From NCBI GenBank assembly GCA_964057225.1, contig OZ059900.1, forward strand, positions 10,726,001 to 10,790,000: 64,000 nucleotides of DNA, read 5' to 3'. Shown here in pieces: positions 53,448-64,000 of this stretch. The notes beneath the pieces were generated by a model. That model was not told the origin of the DNA, searched no databases, and saw only the letters and a program-made list of their open reading frames with translations. How positions within the stretch are numbered: position 1 is the stretch's first letter; every line of letters begins with the position of its first letter. The translations under genes were made by a program, and so were the position numbers. The DNA comes from Auanema rhodensis (lineage: Eukaryota > Animalia > Nematoda).

Positions 53448-55513
53448 GATCAGGTGGCCGAGTGGTTAAGGCGATGGACTGCTAATCCATTGGGGTTTCC
53501 CCGCGTGAGTTCGAATCTCATCCTGATCGTTAGTTTTGTTTTTTATGACAACGGATGCTCCATTCAAACTATCATTTTCTAAATAAAGCCAAGCCACCTG
53601 ATTTAATAGGAAGACTATATTATTCATTTGTTGACGTTATTTATTCTCACAATAATTTCTTTGTTTAAGTAAGAGTATTCTTGGAAAAACCCTGTGATCA
53701 GGTGGCCGAGTGGTTAAGGCGATGGACTGCTAATCCATTGGGGTTTCCCCGCGTGAGTTCGAATCTCATCCTGATCGTTAGTTTTGTTTTTTATGACAAC
53801 GGATGCTCCATTCAAACTATCATTTTCTAAATAAAGCCAAGCCACCTGATTTAATAGGAAGACTATATTATTCATTTGTTGACGTTATTTATTCTCACAA
53901 TAATTTCTTTGTTTAAGTAAGAGTATTCTTGGAAAAACCCTGTGATCAGGTGGCCGAGTGGTTAAGGCGATGGACTGCTAATCCATTGGGGTTTCCCCGC
54001 GTGAGTTCGAATCTCATCCTGATCGTTAGTTTTGTTTTTTATGACAACGGATGCTCCATTCAAACTATCATTTTCTAAATAAAGCCAAGCCACCTGATTT
54101 AATAGGAAGACTTTCTTATTTGTTTGCTGACGATATTTATTCTCACAATAATTTCTTTGTTTAAGTAAGAGTATTCTTGGAAAAACCCTGTGATCAGGTG
54201 GCCGAGTGGTTAAGGCGATGGACTGCTAATCCATTGGGGTTTCCCCGCGTGAGTTCGAATCTCATCCTGATCGTTAGTTTTGTTTTTTATGACAACGGAT
54301 GCTCCATTCAAACTATCATTTTCTAAATAAAGCCAAGCCACCTGATTTAATAGGAAGACTATATTATTCATTTGTTGACGTTATTTATTCTCACAATAAT
54401 TTCTTTGTTTATGTAAGAGTATTCTTGGAAAAACCCTGTGATCAGGTGGCCGAGTGGTTAAGGCGATGGACTGCTAATCCATTGGGGTTTCCCCGCGTGA
54501 GTTCGAATCTCATCCTGATCGTTAGTTTTGTTTTTTATGACAACGGATGCTCCATTCAAACTATCATTTTCTAAATAAAGCCAAGCCACCTGATTTAACA
54601 GGAAGACTTTCTTATTTGTTTGTTGACGATATTTGTTGTCACAATAATTTCTTTGTTTAAGTAAGAGTATTCTTGGAAAAACCCTGTGATCAGGTGGCCG
54701 AGTGGTTAAGGCGATGGACTGCTAATCCATTGGGGTTTCCCCGCGTGAGTTCGAATCTCATCCTGATCGTTAGTTTTGTTTTTTATGACAACGGATGCTC
54801 CATTCAAACTATCATTTTCTAAATAAAGCCAAGCCATCTGATTTAATAGGAAGACTTTCTTATTTGTTTGCTGACGATATTTGTTGTCACAATAATTTCT
54901 TTGTTTAAGTAAGAGTATTCTTGGAAAAACCCTGTGATCAGGTGGCCGAGTGGTTAAGGCGATGGACTGCTAATCCATTAGGGTTTCCCCGCGTGAGTTC
55001 GAATCTCATCCTGATCGTTAGTTTTGTTTTTTATGACAACGGATGCTCCATTCAAACTATCATTTTCTAAATGAAGCCAAGCCACCTGATTTAACAGGAA
55101 GACTTTCTTATTTGTTTGTTGACGATATTTGTTATCACAATAATTTCTTTGTTTAAGTAAGAGTTTTCTTGGAAAAACCCTGTGATCAGGTGGCCGAGTG
55201 GTTAAGGCGATGGACTGCTAATCCATTGGGGTTTCCCCGCGTGAGTTCGAATCTCATCCTGATCGTTAGTTTTGTTTTTTATGACAACGGATGCTCCATT
55301 CAAACTATCATTTTCTAAATAAAGCCAAGCCACCTGATTTAATAGGAAGACTATATTATTCATTTGTTGACGTTATTTATTCTCACAATAATTTCTTTGT
55401 TTATGTAAGAGTATTCTTGGAAAAACCCTGTGATCAGGTGGCCGAGTGGTTAAGGCGATGGACTGCTAATCCATTGGGGTTTCCGCGCGTGAGTTCGAAT
55501 CTCATCCTGATCG
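53448..55513 (+). tRNA. Nine tandem tRNA-Ser(GCT) genes
   Basis: Starts at 53448+248n (n=0-8). Variable-arm SNPs in the copies at 54936 and 55432. Confidence 0.94.
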
Positions 55514-55601
55514 TTAGTTTTGTTTTTTATGACAACGGATGCTCCATTCAAACTATCATTTTCTAAATAAAGCCAAGCCACCTGATTTAATAGGTAGACT
55601 T

Positions 55602-55897
55602 TGTCGCTTCGGCGAAGGTATTCGGTTGTCGGTATTCCGCTGAGAATTAATAGAACAGATAGTCAGTGGTAGAATGCTTTATTAAAGAATTAACAATTCA
55701 ACAAAATATAGATCGTCTATAGTCCGTTGAGGTTTGGTTGAGGTATATCGTATTTTCCGATCCCAAAGATGAAGATATGAGAAGGCGGGCAGAAAAGTAC
55801 AATCTGAAATAGACAAAGTAAAGGAAAACGATAAAAACAAAACTGAAATGGAACAAAACATAGAAAAAAGGATAAAAAATAATCGCTAACCGCGACA
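55602..55897 (-). mobile_element. Solo LTR of a third element family (296 bp)
   Basis: TGTCGC...GCGACA termini (6-bp inverted repeat, TG..CA). AATAAA on the minus strand at 55678-55683. No TSD. Confidence 0.75.
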
Positions 55898-55961
55898 TGA
55901 CGTTATTTATTCTCACAATAATTTCTTTGTTTAAGTAAGAGTATTGTTGGAAAAACCCTAT

Positions 55962-56043
55962 GATCAGGTGGCCGAGTGGTTAAGGCGATCGACTGCTAAT
56001 CCGTTGGGGTTTCCCCGCGTGAGTTCGAATCTCATCCTGATCG
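55962..56043 (+). pseudogene. Degenerate tRNA-Ser(GCT) copy
   Basis: The anticodon stem ATCGA/TCCGT has a C:C mismatch and a new T:G pair. The upstream flank is also mutated. Confidence 0.6.
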
Positions 56044-56209
56044 TTAGTTTTGTTTTTTATGACAACGGATGCTCCATTCAAACTATCATTTTCTAAATAA
56101 AGCCAAGCCACCTGATTTAATAGGAAGACTATATTATTCATTTGTTGACGTTATTTATTCTCACAATAATTTCTTTGTTTATGTAAGAGTATTCTTGGAA
56201 AAACCCTGT

Positions 56210-57779
56210 GATCAGGTGGCCGAGTGGTTAAGGCGATGGACTGCTAATCCATTGGGGTTTCCCCGCGTGAGTTCGAATCTCATCCTGATCGTTAGTTTTG
56301 TTTTTTATGACAACGGATGCTCCATTCAAACTATCATTTTCTAAATAAAGCCAAGCCACCTGATTTAATAGGAAGACTATATTATTCATTTGTTGACGTT
56401 ATTTATTCTCACAATAATTTCTTCGTTTATGTAAGAGTATTCTTGGAAAAACCCTGTGATCAGGTGGCCGAGTGGTTAAGGCGATGGACTGCTAATCCAT
56501 TGGGGTTTCCCCGCGTGAGTTCGAATCTCATCCTGATCGTTAGTTTTGTTTTTTATGACAACGGATGCTCCATTCAAACTATCATTTTCTAAATAAAACC
56601 AAGCCACCTGATTTAATAGGTAGACTTTCTTATTTGTTTGCTGACGATATTTGTTGTCACAATAATTTCTTTGTTTAAGTAAGAGTATTCTGGGAAAAAC
56701 CCTGTGATCAGGTGGCCGAGTGGTTAAGGCGATGGACTGCTAATCCATTGGGGTTTCCCCGCGTGAGTTCGAATCTCATCCTGATCGTTAGTTTTGTTTT
56801 TTATGACAACGGATGCTCCATTCAAACTATCATTTTCTAAATGAAGCCAAGCCACCTGATTTAACAGGAAGACTTTCTTATTTGTTTGTTGACGATATTT
56901 GTTGTCACAATAATTTCTTTGTTTAAGTAAGAGTATTCTTGGAAAAACCCTGTGATCAGGTGGCCGAGTGGTTAAGGCGATGGACTGCTAATCCATTGGG
57001 GTTTCCCCGCGTGAGTTCGAATCTCATCCTGATCGTTAGTTTTGTTTTTTATGACAACGGATGCTCCATTCAAACTATCATTTTCTAAATAAAGCCAAGC
57101 CACCTGATTTAATAGGAAGACTATATTATTCATTTGTTGACGTTATTTATTCTCACAATAATTTCTTTCTTTATGTAAGAGTATTCTTGGAAAAACCCTG
57201 TGATCAGGTGGCCGAGTGGTTAAGGCGATGGACTGCTAATCCATTGGGGTTTCCCCGCGTGAGTTCGAATCTCATCCTGATCGTTAGTTTTGTTTTTTAT
57301 GACAACGGATGCTCCATTCAAACTATCATTTTCTAAATAAAGCCAAGCCACCTGATTTAATAGGTAGACTTTCTTATTTGTTTGCTGACGATATTTGTTG
57401 TCACAATAATTTCTTTGTTTAAGTAAGAGTATTCTTGGAAAAACCCTGTGATCAGGTGGCCGAGTGGTTAAGGCGATGGACTGCTAATCCATTAGGGTTT
57501 CCCCGCGTGAGTTCGAATCTCATCCTGATCGTTAGTTTTGTTTTTTATGACAACGGATGCTCCATTCAAACTATCATTTTCTAAATGAAGCCAAGCCACC
57601 TGATTTAACAGGCAGACTTTCTTATTTGTTTGTTGACGATATTTGTTGTCACAATAATTTCTTTGTTTAAGTAAGAGTATTCTTGGAAAAACCCTGTGAT
57701 CAGGTGGCCGAGTGGTTAAGGCGATGGACTGCTAATCCATTGGGGTTTCCCCGCGTGAGTTCGAATCTCATCCTGATCG
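56210..57779 (+). tRNA. Seven tandem tRNA-Ser(GCT) genes
   Basis: Starts at 56210+248n (n=0-6). Confidence 0.94.
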
Positions 57780-57945
57780 TTAGTTTTGTTTTTTATGACA
57801 ACGGATGCTTCATTCAAACTATCATTTTCTAAATAAAGCCAAGCCACCTGATTTAATAGGAAGACTATATTATTCATTTGTTGACGTTATTTATTCTCAC
57901 AATAATTTCTTTCTTTATGTAAGAGTATTCTTTTAAAAACCCTGT

Positions 57946-58007
57946 GATCAGGTGGCCGAGTGGTTAAGGCGATGGACTGCTAATCCATTGGGGTTTCCCC
58001 GCGTGAG
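57946..58007 (+). pseudogene. 3'-truncated tRNA-Ser fused to gypsy env sequence
   Basis: The tRNA stops at GCGTGAG, just before the T-loop. Confidence 0.9.
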
Positions 58008-61000
58008 GCTCTCACGAAGTTTTTATATCAGAAGACACCATATTGATTCCCGGAATTCAAAGTGCTTTTATTCTAAACAATAAAACACCGGAAAAAGAAG
58101 CCTCCTCATGCTTACAAAAAGATATATTTACTACAAATAGTGGAACTCTAATTTCCTTCAACTCAACCTCAAGCTTAGGACGATCAAGAAGACACGCAAT
58201 CACGGAATACCCTAAAGGATTCTTGACAGTTCATCAATACCCCTCGCTAAGATATTCAGCCAGCAAAACCGGAACTATTCTACTATATACAACCTATATT
58301 CAACGGAAAAGACTTGACATACATTACAATCTCAATAACATAACAAATATGTTACCTAAGTATATCGCAATCTTCAAATACCTAGGTATAAATTTTGATG
58401 GTATCAAAAATCGTCTTATATGGCACAAATATGAAGACGTCAACATAGCCATTCTACACGCCCTAGGAGAAGCAGAAATAAGAGAAGCAACAAAAATCGC
58501 GATCGATAATCTATCGTATAAGGAACTTACGCATAAACTTAGCAAACGGATCACAATTAAGGATTTTAAGAAGATACTACCAACCAAAACAGGAGACTAC
58601 TATGAAATCGCGAAAGAAATTGCTTACTCACTTGCGGAAATACCTACTACGTTAGCTACAGGAGAAACAACACCATCTTTAGAAAAATACTTATATCAAC
58701 TCATGCCACCAAGAAAACCAAGACTCACCAAGACACGAAACGATTTAGAACTGTACGAACAACTAGCACAAGCAAAAATTATCCTGAACGCAATAAATAA
58801 TCCGAAGAAGCTACATTCAAAAGAAGAACACGAAGCAGAAATGAAGAAATGGATCAAATATGAAAAAGAACTGAACTTACCACCATTACAACTGCCAAAC
58901 TACACAGTTATCTTCGATGGCGACGATATATTCTACGGCTTCCGGAAAAGAAATCCTACAAATTATAGCATTACACAAGAGGATAGTGAAAAATTTTATA
59001 ATCATTATCTACCCCTTATCAGTACTCCCGGAACACGACCTTTTGCAACCACAATTAGAAGCACTTCGACCCCCCTACAAACTACTACTACAACCACTAC
59101 CACGACCCCTAAGCCTACAACCATAAGGAACGTCATCACTTCGACAATCACACCCAAAACACATATATCCACAACAACTAGACCCAAACCAACAATACCC
59201 ACGTCTTCATCAACTACTACTACTACTACCACTACTACTACTACTACTTCTACTACTGCTAGACCCAGATCAACAACAACCACAACACCTACAACAACCA
59301 CAACTATATTCACCACTCATCGACCAACACAATCATTCTCCACCCCCCAATCTACATTCAATATTACTACAAACCCAATCACGATCACCTCAAGCCAGGA
59401 ATACAATAGGAAAGAATCACTCACCAAGTCACCGCCTCCAAGAACTACAAAAAGATCTATCACTACCACTCGCAGCACACCTGAAGAAATATCATCACAT
59501 ATTGGTAAGAAAGCCCACGTAGACTACCTTAAAGCTAAGAACGATATCGTCCAAAAATGGAATGAACATCTTCATCAACAAGAAACGCAATCTCATCTAC
59601 AATATGCCACTACCAATCTGGAAGATGATATCATACGTACGTTCACAACAAACAGAAACAACATCTGCCACGTACAAAATAAACAACTACTTACCTGGTG
59701 GGCTATTCTTCAAATAAATCCTACTATAGGGATGCGTACAATGCTACGACGACAGGATATATCTGCAAGATTCATAAATGATAAACTAATTTATGTAATG
59801 CCATGCACACCAATTCAAATTACAAAAACATACCGTGATCACAAAGTCAACAGCACGTGTTTTCTGGAAACCCCAGTCGAAACGGAACATCACGGTCAAC
59901 TGTTCATCCTACCAGGTACAAGAGACCTCACACCGATGGCACATGCCATACCATGCGGACTCACAATCAAGGATCCCTGGAAAGAAAACGATCAATGGAC
60001 TAATAATAACCAATCAATAAATGTAACATCACCAGCATACATCGACGAGTTAGGATCAATCAACCTAGAACATATCAAGTTTAATGGAAGCAACATTTTC
60101 AACAACCTAACAGAATCAACGTTTCCTATGGCACTAGCAATATCATATGGATCCAGCTTAGCAACGCTACAGGCTACTTTACCAGGAAGAATAAAACCTG
60201 TAATCAAACAAAGATTAATTCCTAACATGAACCCTGTTACCCTAACAGCAGGAGCAGCCAGCAGCTTACTACTCAGCTACGAACATACAAAAGAAGCTAT
60301 AACTTGGAAAATGTTTGACTTTCTGTCACCAATATGGGAAAAGATTCAAACCTGGACACTACGCGTACTTGCTATCATTGGATCAATCATCATAACAATT
60401 GGCATAATCACACTCGCCACCTGGATAATAAAAATATACGCATGTAGTTCGAGGATACCCATCAACAATGTCAAATGGGAAGCAGAATACTTACAACCAC
60501 TATCAACTGAGAACACAAGAACAGAAACATCTCATCCTTCTCCGTCCGCTCCATACGTCGACAACCATCACAACAGCTGTCAACTCACATTGTATGATCC
60601 TTCAGCACCAATTCCTGAACACATTTATGAAGCTTATTTCCCTACAAGCATGAAGAAAGAAAACATAAACTACATAGGAGGATCACAATTACCGTTTGTC
60701 CCGATTTCAATCCACAATCACATCTTTAAGGCACTATGGGACACGGGAGCATCAGCATCATACATGCGAGAATCCACCTTCAAACAACTGCCCGCTGCAA
60801 CGATGGTACTAAAACAAACAACAGCGATAGTCGCGAATAAATCTAAATTCTCATTTATGGGATACACAAGGATCCTCATAACAATAGGAACAACAGAAAC
60901 AGAACACAAATTTTATGTAGCAGAAGATAACTACTGTCCAGCACCAGTGTTACTTGGAATAGACTTCATGGAAGCATTACATCAACAAGGAATTTACACC

Positions 61001-64000
61001 TCACTTCGACCGCTGGATAAAACAATTGTTATCGGCACAACACATGTTCCACTAGCACGAGAAACATCTCCGTGGGAACACCAGACCACGAAAGCATATG
61101 TGGTTAGCTTAGAAAACAAAACGCTAAGACCAGGAGAAACAAGAACGCTCACGCTAGAAGTACACGATCCAGAAAGCTATGAACAGGCGTTTCTAGATTG
61201 TAAGAAACCAGGCAACAAACTCTCTTTCACGCCTACTATATTTACGCCAACTGGATACGGAGTACAAATTTACACGACGAACATATGCAAACAGCCACTC
61301 GAAATTCAAATGAATCAAGAAATAGGGATAGCAGAAGCGATACCAAAGGACAACCAAGAAAAATACGAAGGACAATACATACCTCCAGAAGCTCGATGGG
61401 AAGAACAACTGCCATATTTCCCAGACAATTTCATCAATGAGCTTGACCTCTCAGAAGCCTGCTTCTCGCAAATCGAACAACAGCAACTGAAAGAAATAAT
61501 TTTACTACATAAACAAGCGTTTCTCAACGAAGATAGAAATATCGGACTCTTCCTAGGACCAATTGAACACTCCATTCCAATCATGCCAGGAAAAACACCA
61601 TCATTCAAAATTACTTATCGTATACCACTCTCCCAACAAGAAGAAGTGGAGAAACAAATAGAAGAAATGCTACAACAAAGAATCATTGAACCATCAAACT
61701 CAATGACAACTAGTCCAGTAATTTTGGTGAAGAAGAAGGACAAAACTTACAGATTTGTAACGGACTTTCGAGCTCTGAATGCAATCACCCAGAAACAAGT
61801 ATACGTCATATCAAACATACAGGACATCCTAGACTTGGCCGCTGGAGCAAGGATCTTCAGCAACTTTGATTTAGTATCTGGATTTTTCCAAATACCTCTT
61901 AAGAAAGAAGATCGTCATCTTACAGCTTTCACAACAACAAGTGGAACTTATCAATATTGTCGAATGCCGATGGGATTATGTGGATCACCCCATACTTTTC
62001 AAAACGCAGTACGATACCTGCAATCAATGGTTAAATGCAAGCTATTCGTATATCTAGATGATTTACTGTTAATCTCTGAATCTACGACAGCACATTTAAA
62101 AGATATTGAAGAAGTTTTGGAAGCAGTAACTCAAATAGGATTCAAAATAAAACTGAAGAAATGCGCATTCGCAAGAAAGGAAGTAAAATTTCTAGGATAC
62201 ATAGTTGGACAAGAAGGAATTAAACCGGACCCACATAAAATCAAGGCAATACAAGATTATCCCCAACCAAAATCAACAACAGGAGTAAGAGCTTTCATGG
62301 GAGTAGTAAACTACTTCAGAAGGTTCATAAAGAACGCTGCAGGAATAGCAACACCACTCTACAACCTCACTCGGAAAGACACTCCGTTCAAATGGACAGA
62401 AGAAGAAGAAATTGCTTTTAATACTTTGAAGAAAACATTGACTCAAGCACCTGTGTTACAAGCACCAATCCCGAAACGACCATATGTTATTGAAAGTGAT
62501 GGAAGTATGATAGCAGTTGGCGCTGTACTACTTCAAGCGAAAGACGATCAAGAACCATTACACCCCATAGCTTTTGCTAGTCGGAAACTCAACAAAGCTG
62601 AAAGGAATTATCCACCAATAGAAGTAGAAGCATTAGCTCTTACATTCGCCGTTAAACAATTTCGCACCTACATACTAGGAACAGCAACCAAAATTATCAC
62701 GGATCATAGACCACTTACTAGTTTAATGACTAGAAAAGATTTAATAGTTCGTTTAGCAAAATTTCAAATTGTTTTACAAGAATACGATATTGAAATTATC
62801 TACAGACCAGGAAAATTAAATAGTGTATGTGACGCATTATCACGATATTTTGAAGATGAAATCAACGAAGCAAAACCACCAGCAAAGAAGAAAAACGAAA
62901 GAAAAACGACGGAAGATACTATTCATCAGATAAACACCTTCACGAAATGGATAATCGCAATTCCGCTAATCAGACAAACATCAGAAGAAATTATATCAGC
63001 TATCGAAAAATACCTCTTCTATGTTTTTGGACCACCTGTCACTATCATCACAGACAATGGATCTAATTTTATTTCAAACGATTTCACCACTATGTGCAGT
63101 AATTTTGGAACTACACACCACACTACTATGCCGTATTACAAAAACGCTAACGGACAAGTAGAAAGATTACATCGGACGATCGAAGAAGCATTAACAGCCT
63201 ACGTTAATGACGAACAAAACGATTGGGATAAGATACTTCCGAAGATTATTTTTACACTCAACAGATTACCAAACGCCACCACTAAAACATCACCATACGA
63301 ATGTTTGTTTGGACAAGTAGCACGTCTACCCATTGACAAAAACTTGGAAACACCGGAAGAACAAAATACCACGGATCAGCTCAAAAACTTAAGAGATATT
63401 CAAGAAAAAGTCAAGGAAAAGATTGCCACCAATGAAGAAAGAATGAAGCAGAAATACGATCAAGCACATAGGACAAAAGAAAGAATATTAGATATAGGAG
63501 ATCGAGTATTTGTACAAAGAGCGAACCCAAGCAACAAATTACAAATACGAAGAGATGGACCTTACCGGATAGTGACAATTGAAGGAAACAACATCAGCAT
63601 AACGGACCAAGATGGAAATATTATAAAAGCTCACAAAAATAACATACGTTATTTTCCACCAGACGATAATCTTATATCAACAAGAAATAATGAAGAAGAG
63701 GAAGAAGAGGACCAAGACATAGCAAACGAAGAAGAAGAAGAAGAAGAAGCAAGTTGGAATAATCTGGATGAATGGGAACAAACCAATAATACGGAAAATA
63801 ACAACAACTGTTACCCAACAGGCAGTCCAGATACTCTCGCGCAACTGTTACCTATCACAGGGAATAACAGAGGAGTAAACGAAGAAGAAATTGAACATAA
63901 TTCAGAAACACCTGACGACCTTGCTACAGCAAGAAGAATAACAAATTCTAATATACAATTAGAAGATGAATCAACAACAATCGACAGAATTCAAGAGGAC
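58006..64000 (+). mobile_element. 5'-truncated gypsy copy 4 (env-pol), with a 498-bp in-frame integrase deletion; runs off the window
   Basis: Begins at a position equivalent to ~5579 of copy 1. At ~62945, INTFT joins KWIIAIP (copy-1 10519-11016 missing). Confidence 0.92.

Noticed and set aside
26173-57336. Repeated 91-aa ORFs (MLHSNYHF...)
   Set aside because: They read through the tRNA gene and spacer, and are stopped in many units by one SNP. They are artefacts of the repeat.

Overview
AT-rich eukaryotic DNA, most likely nematode (inferred from a BEL/Pao element with a phlebovirus-type glycoprotein and from the tRNA sequences). After a ~200-bp satellite (1-~815), the window is a tandem array of 248-bp units, each holding one tRNA-Ser(GCT) gene (47 full-length copies, 1 split, 1 truncated). 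The array has been invaded by three LTR element families. (1) A ~12.3-kb Ty3/gypsy element is present as three full copies (two in tandem sharing an LTR) and two fragments. Its single ~3,070-aa ORF has the unusual order Gag - signal peptide - herpesvirus-gB-like (class III) envelope with a mucin insert - TM - PR - RT - RNase H - IN. An orphan 214-aa ORF sits where env normally would. (2) An intact 8.1-kb BEL/Pao element with a phlebovirus-like Gn/Gc (class II) envelope is inserted inside a tRNA gene. (3) A 296-bp solo LTR of a third family. Top findings: the gag-env-pol single-polyprotein architecture with repeated (V/I)N(N/Y/T)x candidate cleavage sites, and a 15-16 nt segment complementary to the tRNA-Gly(GCC) D-arm shared by two otherwise unalignable LTRs (candidate bipartite primer-binding system). 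All homology calls are by-eye motif recognition, not database results.
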